A stretch of DNA of 50,817 nucleotides, the filler included, from Dirinaria sp. TL-2023a (Eukaryota): the NCBI GenBank assembly GCA_051941275.1. It is 3 parts of 3 records of this genome, joined end to end, with 100 filler letters (N's around TTAATTAATTAA, not from the genome) between each part and the next. Parts side by side here need not be neighbours in the genome. Positions count along the whole stretch, not along the records: positions 33,965 to 50,817 come from JAVEBF010000470.1; 2 more parts are not named here. One strand, written 5' to 3'. The position numbers and the translations under genes were made by a program. Each line of letters begins with the position of its first letter. Position 1 is the first letter of the stretch. The notes under the pieces were generated by a model. The model was not told the DNA's origin. It did not search any database and saw nothing but the letters and a program-made list of their open reading frames with translations. Shown here piece after piece: positions 34,901 through 47,386 of this stretch.

Positions 34901-35784
34901 TGTTCACGATGGGGGTTCACTCTATCCAAATTGGTCTCAATATGCGAGGATAAGTGGGTGGAGGAGGATCAATAACGTTCTCCTACGATCTAATTTTTGA
35001 TGCTTTATTTTGAGGTACATACCTAAGGTAAAGTAAGGTGGTGAGGCACCTACCGTTCTACGCTGAAACTCCTGGCTGGCGCGATTAGCGCCAGGCACGA
35101 GTAGGCGATCGTCTAGGTGATAATCTTAGGTGGTCCCCTGGGCCCCTGGTGATGTCTAGTTGGTCACTGCATACTCCTTCGTTGGATTGCGGATATCTCA
35201 GTCTATAGGTACTAGAGCACTACTCCTTTTGTAGGCAGGATGTCACGAACGGAATGCCTGCGTAATCTCGCCATGAACTTGAATTGCTGAGCCTCATGCT
35301 TGAATGGACGTGCGATTTGGATTTTTGCCGTATTGAACCTAAAGATCCGACATAGTCGAGATAGTCTATGGGAGTTGGCTTTGTGGCTGGAGAATTAATG
35401 ATACCGATGGGCCGAGCGCTCAATGCCTAATCAGAGATCATACAGCGTCTCTCGACAGGTCAAGAAGCCCACTGGCTTCAATTTCGATTCATACTTGTCA
35501 TGTTGCTTTTGTTTTGGGTCGGAGGAGTATTTTCTCCACAGCTGTACCAGTTCGTTTCTCTTGCGACGCTCGCACGCAACCGTCAGGGTTACAATCCTTC
35601 TCCGAACTAATTATAAATACATTTGCAGCGCAGTTACTTCCAGTCTAGCGACTGGCTTTGGATCGCAAACGATACAATGGTACTTGGGTAGGTATTTGAC
35701 AGGGAAAGATCTCTTTCCATACCCGGTCAAGACTTGCCACAGTTGAAAGTCATTGACCAGGGGCCATTGGCCTTGAATCAGCTG

Positions 35785-36611
35785 CTACTGGTTACACATC
35801 CTTGTTAAAGAATTTAGCTCCGCCTTCAACAGCCCATCCATGAGATTGATGTTCTCGCGAATGCGTTTGCACTTCTCCTCCTCTCTGATACTTGCTGTCA
35901 GCACTCACCTAAATTAAAGTCACGAGATGGTTTTGCTTACTCATCTTTCATCTGCTTCATTCGCAGCTTGCACAGCTTTCCATGCGCCATATCAATCTTC
36001 ACCCTGACCTGATATTTAAACCTCTTGTCGTTCCGTTCCCATAGCCCACTCTTGCCGTTGTACTCACGGCCACTCTTAAGATACTCGTGAGCAGCGTCGA
36101 CCTGAGCAGCGCTGATTCTAGTGTTGCCAGTTTTGGATTCATCGAGTCCGAATACAGGGGCGACATCATGGGCACTGTAGCCTAGGAAGCTCATTGCGTA
36201 GATGATGAATCTCTGCTGAAAGAACAGGAACTTCGCCCCAGCTACCACTATCGGTGCCGGCTGTCGCCGCCTGGACGACGGAGAGGCTGAAACCATGGAT
36301 CTCATGGGCCCCATGGGTGCCATGGCCGCCGTTGGAGCTGGGGTATTACGGAGCGCTGGACTAATTGGTATATTAGGAGACCTTGGTAGCTGATAGCCCG
36401 TAGTCTGGTAGAAAGGATCCTGAGGTACCTGTTGGATAATAAAGGGAGGTGAGTACTGTGCTAGACGAGGACCTGGATACGCGATAGATGCATTGTGGTA
36501 GCTTCGGCCATGAGGTACACGTGAAACACGAGGAAATTCGCCCTGTACAGGTGTTGTTTGAAAGGGATTGTTGGAGGGAAGTTCCGGTGTGACGGGTGTT
36601 GAATACTCCAT
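35785..36611 (-). CDS. Hypothetical protein with Pro-rich N-half; exons 36611-35941, 35884-35785
   Basis: ORF of over 220 codons. The intron 35940-35885 (GTAAGC...GCTGAC...CAG) extends it in frame to EEEEKCKRIRENINLMDGLLKAELNSLTRMCNQ*. Confidence 0.6.
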
Positions 36612-37075
36612 GCCTGAGCTTAATAACAATGGCACAATTCTCTTGTTAGTGTTAGCCTAAATGTTGAGATAGCCCAGGCCACGAGAGACACCATGAATTT
36701 AACCACTGCTGGAGACTGCAAATAGAGGTGAACTGTCTCTGCGAAAAGCTAATGGGAGTATGATGAGGTTCGAAGTTGGTGTTGAGTGATACTATTATCG
36801 TCCCAGAAATAGCATGCTGTTTGGGGGAATCACCTCCGTTAACGTGTTCACGACTTAGATAGCAATGAGCGCAGGTCTCGTTGCTGTAATTGTAACCATC
36901 TTACTCTTCTCTTGTCAATCGACGTGCTAATCTCGGTTGACCTCAAATCATGTATGGATAATAAAGTTTGATACCTTTTGAACTGACAGTTGGAAATGCA
37001 TAGCAGAGTCTTCCTCGACCTCAATATTGCGATAGCGTGAAAATCGTATTGAGGCGCAAGGCGATATGCACAGGG

Positions 37076-37717
37076 TCACCCTACATTCATTACTCCGAAG
37101 GCTCGATCAAGCTCATCTCCTACCGCATTCCCTGGGCTCCGTCTGGTCGATTTCTCCTGGTTCCCAGCATCTTGGCTGTCCAGTAGCTCCGTTGGAGTTG
37201 TTGGATTCCCTGATCTTGAAGAAGAATCGGTCGCTCTCTTCCTTTCCGGTTCCAAGATCTTCTCACTTCGATCCAACCAGCCAGGTGCAACCCTTCTTTT
37301 CTCCGCCAGCTCTTCCTCCTTTAAGCCTGTTTCCCAATCTTTGATGGCATTCTCGGCATCCTCCTGGGTGCGCTGGATGTGCGCTTGGAGGGCCTGGCAC
37401 GAGGCAATGATACTTTCGGGAGAAGCAACGTGACCGGATGCCGACACGACATATTCCTCCCGTTCAGCTCCATTGACATCAGCTGTTGACGATTGCGGCA
37501 GTGTGGAAGGCAGGGGCTTGTAAGTGTATGGTAAAGTCGTTGCGGTGGGAAGAGAAATGAAAGGAGACACGGTCAGCGGCACCTGGGCCAGCAGAGGATG
37601 GGGCTCTGAGCTGTGATCAGCTTGTGCACTCGGTGGACATATATGAAATCCAAGACCCACTTTCGGTATACATATTATCCTATAAAGCTGTCCAAGATCC
37701 TTCGCCAGAGGTGTCAT
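37076..37717 (-). CDS. Uncharacterised fungal protein; 5' end uncertain
   Basis: HPLLAQVPLTVSPFISLPTATTLPYTYKPLPSTLP, a coiled-coil, EKRRVAPGWLDRSEKILEP and GDELDRAFG, a pattern I recall from Pezizomycotina hypothetical proteins. Divergent from cnaA. Confidence 0.7.
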   Translation of the reverse strand: MTPLAKDLGQLYRIICIPKVGLGFHICPPSAQADHSSEPHPLLAQVPLTVSPFISLPTATTLPYTYKPLPSTLPQSSTADVNGAEREEYVVSASGHVASPESIIASCQALQAHIQRTQEDAENAIKDWETGLKEEELAEKRRVAPGWLDRSEKILEPERKRATDSSSRSGNPTTPTELLDSQDAGNQEKSTRRSPGNAVGDELDRAFGVMNVG

Positions 37718-38570
37718 CCAGACATATAGATTACGTCGGGAGTCAAAAGGGACATGCTGGAGAAAAGGAATGTGGAACTTCAAAATGATACAGTGCTGTA
37801 GGTAGTACCTTAGTAAGATAGATAGTCGGGTACCTACCTACCGTGGGCTACCTACCTGCCTACCTACATTAAGATAATAGTAATTATGTACTTTACTGTA
37901 CATTACTCTTACCGGATTTGAGAGGGGAACTTGCCCCGCGCTTGGCACTTTTGGACTCGGCAGATGAAAAGTATGTCCGGTACGAAACTCTTGGATTTGG
38001 GTCGATACCTTATAGTACTTACCATCACAGTGCAGTCAATCCTTCTGCACATCGCATCCTTCAGCCTTGAAATTTCTGTACCTAATGAAACGTTAATCCC
38101 AGGGCCCCTTCCACCACCAGCTCCGAGTCAGTGCATGTCAGCCGCAGCCTCTTGAAACCCCATTCTTTGCAATTTTCCGACTCCTACGCCACACTCCGGC
38201 ATCAGCTAGGTACTCTAAGTACCTCCTAGGCTCCAATCCCTATCTTAGGGCTGTCTTTGCTGCTGTCGCCGCCTAGACCCTTTCGTGCCTTTTCGCGAGA
38301 AATTACACTTCAATTTGCTCTACAGATCGTGCAATCCGAAGCCTCCAGCTTTACAGTTCGGACACGAAGCCAACGAGGTTACGAACTGGCTATGGTAGCG
38401 CTCTCATAGCAGAATCCCACCCCTAATCCATCAAATTTCCCAGATTTCCAGCGAACTGTGTTCCCTTCCAATTCAATAACAGCGCACGCGAGCGCTCACT
38501 ACAAGGAGTTTTGGCGCTCTTCAGAAGCTCTACAGTATTCCTTACATTTTAAATTCGGCTTATCGTCAAA

Positions 38571-40423
38571 ATGGATGGTTTGAGTAACCTCGATCGTGCG
38601 TTGCGCGAGAAGCGTCCGGTCCCAGAGATAGATTTTTCGCTCCACACTATGGAAGATGGTACTCAAGTGAGCACGCAAGAGCGAGTATGCAAAGGTAAGG
38701 CGACGCCGCCATCTGCGTCCATTTCGACTGAAATAACCATATTTGCAGATGTGCAGGCCCCCGCGTTTCATCCTCCGTCAGAGGACCAGTTCTTGTCACC
38801 ACACGACCGTTCCAAACCCAACCTCCAATTCCTCAAACAGCACTTCTACCGTGAAGGACGATTGACTGAAGAGCAAGCGCTATGGATTATCCAACTGGGG
38901 ACCGAGGTATTGAAGCGCGAGGACAATCTCCTTGAAATGGACGCACCGATCACTGTGTGCGGCGATGTCCACGGACAATACTTTGACCTAATGAAGCTGT
39001 TCGAGGTCGGTGGCGATCCAGCAGAGACTCGATATCTCTTCCTGGGAGACTACGTGGATCGAGGCTACTTTAGCATAGAGGTTTGCCTTCTCCTGCCAAC
39101 GAAGTGGATGTCGTCGCCTAACATACGCCGCAGTGTGTACTCTATCTGTGGTCGCTCAAGATTTGGTACCCGAATACCTTGTGGCTTCTCCGAGGCAACC
39201 ACGAATGTCGACACTTGACAGACTACTTCACTTTTAAGCTGGAATGCAAGCATAAATATTCCGAAAAGGTGTACGAGGCTTGCATGGAATCCTTCTGCGC
39301 TCTACCTTTGGCTGCTATCATGAACAAGCAGTTCTTGTGTATACACGGTGGGCTGAGCCCTGAACTGCATACCCTTGATGACTTGAAAAATGTGAGTAGG
39401 AAGTCGACTGGCAGACGGCGTTTGTTGACTCTGTTAGATTGACCGGTTCCGCGAACCACCTACCCATGGTTTAATGTGTGACATTCTATGGGCCGATCCT
39501 CTGGAAGAGTTCGGCCAAGAAAAGACCTCGGAGTTCTTTGTACACAACCACGTTCGAGGTTGTTCCTATTTCTTCTCTTACCCTGCCGCGTGTGCTTTCC
39601 TAGAAAAGAACAACCTCTTGTCGGTCATTCGTGCGCACGAAGCCCAAGATGCAGGGTACCGTATGTATCGGAAGACGAGAACTACCGGTTTCCCCAGTGT
39701 CATGACAATATTCAGCGCTCCTAATTACCTAGATGTCTATAACAACAAGGCTGCGGTTCTGAAGTACGAGAACAATGTCATGAATATTCGACAATTCAAC
39801 TGCACGCCACATCCGTACTGGCTACCGAACTTCATGGATGTTTTTACATGGTCTCTACCTTTTGTGGGTGAGAAGATAACGGACATGCTCATCGCCATTC
39901 TGAATACGTGCTCGAAGGAGGAGCTCGATCCAGAAGTTGAACCCTCGCCGATATCACCGCCTCTGCCTAGCATCGATCCAGAGTCCACGGACGCCAAGCG
40001 AAGAGCTATTAAAAACAAGATCCTGGCGATCGGCCGCCTATCTAGGGTATTCCAGGTTCTCCGTGAAGAATCTGAGCGGGTAACGGAGCTGAAGACCGCT
40101 TCGGGTGGTCGCTTGCCTGCGGGGACATTGATGTTGGGTGCCGAAGGTATCAAGCAAGCGATCCACAATTTTGAGGATGCCCGCAAGGTGGATCTACAGA
40201 ATGAAAGGCTACCTCCGACCCATGATGAAGTGGCTCGTAAGAGTATGGAAGACCGAAAGCAGGCTATGCAGAGAGCCGACCAGGAGGCGGAGAATGACCC
40301 TGACATCACCCAAATTGCAAGGAGAATAAGCGTGTAAGTATTCCGCTTGATCGAATCTTGACTCCCACTGATATCACTAGATCCTCTGGGGCGGGCAAGG
40401 GAAGGCCTACTCCAGGTCGTTAA
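38571..40423 (+). CDS. cnaA: Calcineurin catalytic subunit A (PP2B); exons 38571-38694, 38749-39080, 39134-39391, 39438-40333, 40381-40423
   Basis: PPP motifs GDVHGQ, GDYVDRG, LRGNHE and SAPNY. CnB-binding region [15 protein letters not shown], calmodulin-binding [15 protein letters not shown], and autoinhibitory [16 protein letters not shown]. Confidence 0.98.
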
Positions 40424-40909
40424 TCCGTACATTTTCTACAGTGGTCGGGGAGACATATTTTTTTCGTTTGGAAGCAAAGGGTTATAAAGCCAATTGTTAC
40501 TTATGGGTCGCTTCCCAAAGCCTATTGAATGGGCTTCTGCAGAAAGAGAATAATCATGGGATATGCATTTGACGTACGACTTTGATAGCCGAATCTGTAG
40601 ATAGACTAAATCATTAGCGATCAACCCACCTCGTTCTGCACCAAATTGATGTAGACGGACTGCTCCTTGTTCCCATCTTTTTCTTCAAGGTGACCAATTT
40701 CTTCACTCCTCTGGCTTCGATATTAGATAATGCGGGCCGGTGGGTCAGCCCAGTCAGCCCTACCGGGCCTTTACTTGGACACACATGCAAGTACGTGTAG
40801 TCTACAAGACAGAAGACACCTGACGGCTTGAAGGCTATTTTTCCGATCGATCTGTATTAACGGCAATGAGAGTGGTGTTTTCAGATATCCGAGTGGTCTG
40901 TTAATTGAA

Positions 40910-43806
40910 ATGGGCGCTTCAGACTCAAAGCTTGTGTTCAAGCAAGGCATCTTCAGATTGTCCGAGCCTGCGAGAATACCAGCAGACGATCGCTATTGGA
41001 CGGGTGTGAGCTCTCGTAGAACCGTACTGCCCAAGTCAATACTGACGTTCCTAGTTCTGGGAATTGCCGGAATCTACAGAAGATGTCTTCTCCCTCTTTT
41101 CCCCAACCGACATACGGCGCGCACGGGACAACTCCATTGGCAACATTGAGACCCTGATACAAAGCCTTGTCTCGCGATTGCGCGACTTGAAGCACCATCG
41201 TGCTTTTCCAAATCCCGAAGTCGCGCCTGAAAACCATGCGCTGAATTGCATACGGGTTCTCACAAGGGTTTTACCTTTCCTCTACGAGGCCGAAAATCTA
41301 GAGTCATGGAGGGAAAGAATATTTTGGGAGAGGAGGAGAAGGTCTGCAAAAAGGAAGGTGGCGAAAAAGAGCGAGGTCCTGTTTGATGAAGGCCGGCAGC
41401 AAGACCCTCTTGAACTGGACACCGAAGAGCAATTTGAAGACATGCAGCCACTTGGTGAGGAACTGGTGGATACCTTAGTCGACTTGCTCTTTTACACAGA
41501 CTTCACGCTACCAGCGAACGATCGCACAAGAAATAAAGTCACATACTCAATATGGCAAAGCGGGGTGGGATGTAATACCCACATGAATTCAAGCAATCAA
41601 CTTGAAAGCAATCGATGCGAGGTCTTACGGCTGCTTCTGACCATGTCGAGCGAGGCTCTGTATATGTCTCCAAGTAATTTCGCATTCTCTCTTCAAGCTA
41701 TGCGGCTACTTATGTATGGCAGATGTGTTACCCGTAAAAGGGATCAAAGCTGTGACGTATCTCACTACATGTCCAGACAAGCAAGTCGTCCTTTCATTGC
41801 TTTGCTCGCAACTCAATACTGTACGCAGGTATCAGTTGTAGGGAGGCGTATGCAGTAATGCTAATCTTTGCAGGCGTTGAATTACAACCCCGCCAGCTGG
41901 CGAGTTCCGTACGATCATATGGTCTACAAGGATCCAAAACAATCATTGGTCTCGAATTGCCTACAATTCCTTCTCGCTCTTGTACTTTATCCAGTTCCTG
42001 AAGAAGGGCGCGGGCCACCTCCTAAGAATTATTTTCGACATTTTTTGGGCAGGCTTCACCGTCTTCAAGATTTCCAATTCCTGGTGGACGGTATGACAAG
42101 GACTCTAAATCAACCAGTAAGTTTGGGACTACTTACACAGTGCCATTCAACTGACTGTTCAAGCTGCAAGCCACCACTTCCTATCTACCAGGAAGTCAAA
42201 AGTCGCTCAAGTGGGCGCCAGAAATGATCATGCTTTTTTGGGAGACCTTGCAATGTAACAAGCGTTTCCGCTCATTTGTGATTGATAGTGACAAGGGCCA
42301 TGATTTTATGATTCTGGTATTGTTCTATGCCTCGGAGTACAAGCTCGACTCCTCCAAGCAAGGAGTAGTTCGAATGTGCGTTTTCGTCCTTCAGACCTTG
42401 ACGACTGAGCCAAATTTCGGCAAGCGATTAAACAGGAGATTTGACGGGCAGGAGTCTCTCCCTCCAAGCATACGCCTAGCAGACTTTCATGGGTCGTACG
42501 CCGACTTTTTGCTCATCGTAAGTCATTAAGCCTTCAGTCGGGCATTTACTGACTGCGGCAAGTGTATCCATATACTCATCACCACAACCCAAGGCAAGCT
42601 GGACGCTATATATCCCGCATTATTCGCGACGATCAACAATGTTGCCGCTTATCTCGAAGATCTGAGCACACAGGCAAGTTCGAGGCTCATACATTTGTAC
42701 ACCACTATGTCTGCTCCAAGCTTCCTCCTCGCAAACGAGTCTAACTACACCCTCCTGCAATCTTTGCTTGAGTCGATGAATGCCATTATTGAACATCAAT
42801 ATTCTAGTTAGTTCAGCCTGCCAAATGCCCTTGTAAACTGAGCTAATTGTTTCTCCCAGACAACCCCCATTTCATACGAGCCATATTTCGGTCTCGGAAG
42901 CGTTTCGAAGCGCTGAGATCGTTCACTCTGGAAAGCGGGCAAGAGGAAATAGAACGCCAGCGACAACGCATGAAAGACCAAGCCAATAGTTCGAGATCGG
43001 CAACCAGCCCGAACCGTGGATCGCGCAACAGCTCCATGGATAGCGTTAGAAGTCCGCAAAGCGCTCGAACTCCCGCCTTGAGCGACGTACCTGAAGAAGG
43101 CGGCACCTTTGCCATAGGAGATGACGATGATTCGGACGAGAACGAAGAGCACGAGATGCTGCCCACACCGTCCCACTCGTTACCCTCGGGCCACAATTCC
43201 CGTACACCGTCCGTGGCCTCTTCAGCAGATGAGCCACTACCAACACAACTCCGTGGAATGTCTGAAAAAGCCCGCGGCAAGATGCCTGCTGGTCAACCAA
43301 CGTTTTCGCGGCAGAACAGCAGCACAAGTCTCGGCGCTCACCACACCAGCCTCATGTCTCCTACCGCAAGCTTCGAGCCTTCTATAGAATGGATCGATAC
43401 CTGGCTTCCCTCGCTTCCGCTCCACAGCATCATAACTCTCCTCTCCTTCCCATCCCCACCATCTGCGCTCCCTCCCACAATCGACGCCTCGCCTCCTCGC
43501 ATTCACCTCTTCGAGTGGACTCCGCTTTCACTTGGCTGGTACGAGTCGTTGCTCTGGGGCTGCATCTTTGCCTCGGAGATGGTCGTTCAGAAAGGCACCG
43601 TCGGCGTATGGAACGGCACCAACGTTCGCCTGTTCAGAGTCGAGAAGGAGGCGCAGAGGGGACCGAGTCTGACGAAGCCCATGGGCGCGGTCGACGCCGT
43701 GGGAAGTAATCTCGTCCAAAGGATCGGGAATCTCAATTTGCGGGGTAGTAATAATAGATCCGGCAGCGGAGGCACTGCGAGAGCTACTACTGTTCGAGAT
43801 GTGTGA
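40910..43806 (+). CDS. hid1: HID1/Ecm30 family (high-temperature-induced dauer formation) Golgi protein, multi-exon
   Basis: MGASDSKLVFKQGIFRL start, LNCIRVLTRVLPFLYE, YSIWQSGVG, FLGRLHRLQDFQFL, LGWYESLLWG and GVWNGTNVRLF. Several canonical introns. Confidence 0.92.
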
Positions 43807-44994
43807 TGAATTTTCTTCTTGACTTATGATGACGGACTTTCTACTTGCCTGGATTCTGGATTGTAACCTTGTGGATGCCGCCTAATAGTGTGTAAAACAT
43901 CAGAATATCGAGACCATGTAAAAAATCCATTATTAACAACGGTTTTGATCATGCATGCAGTTCATTATTAGTGGCTTCTCGAGGGGCCCGGGTTTCCGCC
44001 GGTAAATGTTCAGTCACACCGCCCCCATGCTTGATTTCATCAGCTCCAATAAATCCTCTTGCCCCTGTGTCAAATTTCTCCCTAATAGCAGGCTACCACT
44101 CCCGTTTTACTCATCATTATCATTCTTGACACATATTCGGGATTCTACCTCCTACCCCCCCCAAAACTTCTAGTAGTAGCAGATTCCCTCTTCCGGTGCG
44201 GTTCGATTAGATGCGACATTTATTTTCCTGTCCCTTTCATCCAATGCATTGAGGCCAGGAGAATATGCTTGTACAAGGGTTCTAACATATCTAAGGTTGA
44301 TTGTTGAGAAAGCTAGCGTAGCTTGTTCAATGCAGATATTTGGATTTTTGGGATCGGGGTTCCGAGGTATATATCCTTGAAGTAGTTGGGGACTTTGGAA
44401 GAGAAGGGGAGGGGGGGTTAAAGATAGGTCTTGAGAACTGTATCGTGTGTGCTCTGGCAGTTTTGCTATTTTCTTAAATAATACTAATAAATTCCGTGAC
44501 GGAAAATCGGAGAAAATCAAGATCACGATAGACGAAATGCGTTATTGCAGTGCTATTTTCTAAATTAGTAGATCATGGGTAATGTTATTAGGAATCTAAG
44601 ACAGGAAGAGAGATCTTAAGAAAAGATGCCGAAAAGAAAAAGGAGTGTGGAAATGTGCCTGATGGAATAAGTCACCGATTCTTAACCGCAGCGGGGCATG
44701 AAATCGATCTTGGTATGGTTTATTTTCAGGTAAATGGCTTGCGATGAAGTCCGTAGCCGATGGCTCTAATACCGTCGTTTTTGGCTGGATGGTTCCTTTA
44801 TATGGCTCGGAAATGATGTTGGGCAATTGGGGCGCCAGCTAGATGTAGGAACATGACCTTGCAGAGGTCAAGAACCAAATGTCGTACACGACATGGGCAG
44901 CTGGAAGATCCTGATGATGTGGTTACGCTAAGGCACAGGATCTCGGAGCTTGTAAAGGTTCTTGATATTCAGACGACTATTTGGCAAAGCTGAT

Positions 44995-45910
44995 TCACAC
45001 ATACCCTAGCCGATCATATTAGCTTTTTTCCGATCACTTCTCGAACCCGGACGGCATATATTGCCAGAATCAGGAACTCACCTTTTCTGGCACCCTGGAA
45101 AAAGAACCGCACAATAAACACCTGCAACCCAGCCATGCAAACCATCAACGCGCTCTCGGCGATCGAGAAATTGAAGATCCGGCTCTCTGTACTTTTCACG
45201 GTGCTCATGTTCCGGTTTTCCCGCGTTCGGAAGTACTTCTGGTTGCGGTTGATGGTGGACAGGGAGTTGGAGACTTTGTAGATGGATTCTTCGAGCGCGG
45301 AGGTTTGTTCGGGGGATGTGCCTTGTTTGGAGGGGAGGGCTGCTGCGCGGGATTCATTCTCGACCTATTGCGGGAGATATCAGTTCGTTTAGCTTTTTTG
45401 AGTTCTGGATCGGATCAAAAAGGAGGGAAATCGAATCGCAGTATATAGGAGCACAACAAATGGATGGAGGGTGATGGCATACCGCGATCTCGAAATCCAC
45501 CATCTTCTCCACCCACGTACTCATCTCGTTATTGAAGCAGAACCGATATTCGCCAGCCTCCTTGGCCGTGAATACAAAGTCCCCTTGACGCTCTTTCGAG
45601 CCCTCCATTATAGTTCTCTCATTAGGCCCGACAACGCTGTAGTCGACGTCGAATGAACCACCGGTTTGTACCTGTCAAAAATGGAAGAGACCCGTTAGAC
45701 TGATTCGAATGTTGGAGAAGTGAGATGAAAGACGTGCGATGGTAGGGTTGTTCGTACAGCAAAGTAGAAGGCTAATTTCTGACCCTTCTGCTCCGCGTAG
45801 GAGTAGAAACATGCCCGCTCATTGGGAGATAACTTGTAGGTCAGAGCAGTAGCGCTCACACAGGGAGTGAGGAGGGCCACAAGGCCGTAGACCAGTACTG
45901 ATATTTGCAT
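44995..45910 (-). CDS. p24/emp24/gp25L (GOLD domain) cargo receptor, Erp2/3/4-like, 4 exons
   Basis: Signal peptide, LTYKLSPNERACFY, FYFAV|QTGGSFDVDY, GEYRFCFNNEMST, YFRTRENRNMSTVKSTE, a TM helix and the tail FFQGARKGYV (last micro-exon 45005-44995). Confidence 0.93.
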
Positions 45911-46403
45911 ACTGTGCACGGCGCTACATGGCAGTATTGTTGCAATATTTTAGATCCCATTCTTCGAACTTGTCCAGAAGCTGAGTCAGCAAATCCATTT
46001 CTTGGCATTGAACTGATTGCCCCCCGCCCTTTACCCCTTTTTCATTACTCGACTATCTGCTAAACTGAATGAACCTCACTCGTGCAATTGCCCAGAGAAC
46101 CTACTTGGCTTCTTTATTTGGCACATCACATCGGACTGAATTTCTCACTGCTACTTGTAAATGTGGTAGTGGATCACGTAAGTTTAGTTAGAGAGCAATC
46201 TAGCTAATGCGCATCGTTGCTTTCACAACAACTTAGATGTTTGTCCAGTTGTGGGCACACGATCTGCTGCTGCAAAAAGAGGCGCGGGAGGCACACCAAT
46301 ATTGATACAATCGAATCGTGTTCAAGTAGTCTCATCTGCTGTGGATTCGTCGTGCCGTCAGTCAAGTTGACAATTCCCCTCTTCCCTGTTCAATCGCAGC
46401 CTC

Positions 46404-47386
46404 TCACCCAGTGTTTAGGTCGGTTGAGTTGGGCAATCGTCTTCCGGATGGTAGGGTTATGACCGTTCCGTTGGCGGCACTCGCTGTAGTATTATATTTT
46501 CCTCCACTGGCTTCATAAGGATCACGCCACCAATTGACACGCCTAATCCAATTCCTGGGGCTCATCTGAAGCGATCTCCACGTCCAGCGTTCTGCCCGTT
46601 GTTCTAACAAGGACCGCGAGTCTGGGTTGTCGGCTTTACGAGCCTGTTTCATAGTGTAATCTGAAAGCGCGATCGCTATTTCCGGGTCATAATTTCCGGG
46701 AGATGGTTTCTCATGCGTGATAGTCGCAAGAGTCACAGTGATGAAACTTGTATCCGCAGCTACAATGGCCGTCATTCACCGCAAATTTCTGAACAGAAGG
46801 GAAAGAGGAAGGCAAAGAAAAAAGAAAAAAGAATGAGACCAAAGCTTACGGTACGCGTCATCGAGGCTTACTGTCAAGTCTGTGACATAGTGCTCCAAGC
46901 GCTGGAAAGGCTGTACGGGAAATCCACCAAGGCCGGCATAGAACCCTGAGTGCTCCGTGCATCTCTCCCATACTGTTGTCGCTTGCCGCAAGAGATTGAA
47001 AGGATTAGCGCGAACGAATCTGGGGATCTTTGGACCTGCGACCTCGATAGTTATGGCGCAATTGCCTATAAAGCAGCGGGGAGTAAGCTATGATGTAGCT
47101 ACCCTTGCTGGGTGATCCCTTGTGAGAGCGCAATGAGAATCTGACCTTCTACATCACGGTAGCGGGCTGGAAGATTATAAGGGCCCCTAGGATTCGCTGA
47201 GTTGACCTCGTAGATTTCGATCTCATTACTTTCAGGCATTTGTGCCAGAGCTGCACTACAAGGGATTCTCTCCCTGTTGGTCCACAGGCCATAAAAGTCG
47301 TCGCAGTACGGCTCTAAGGGTGTAATGGAGGAAAGAATTGCATTGAATCCGGCGGCAATAGCCATATTGAGAGCTCTGCAATCCAA
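46404..47386 (-). CDS. Hypothetical Cys-containing protein, about 3 exons, start uncertain
   Basis: Three consecutive minus-strand ORFs (47099-47386, about 47070-46850, 46404-46775) separated by GT-AG intron-like, pyrimidine-rich gaps. Protein-like sequence (YCDDFYG...CSAALAQMP...YNLPARY...CAITIEV...GLGGF...PSPGNYDP). Confidence 0.55.

Noticed and set aside
39737..40432. 231-aa antisense ORF over cnaA
   Set aside because: Shadow ORF on the opposite strand of a conserved coding exon, starting at a non-ATG codon.
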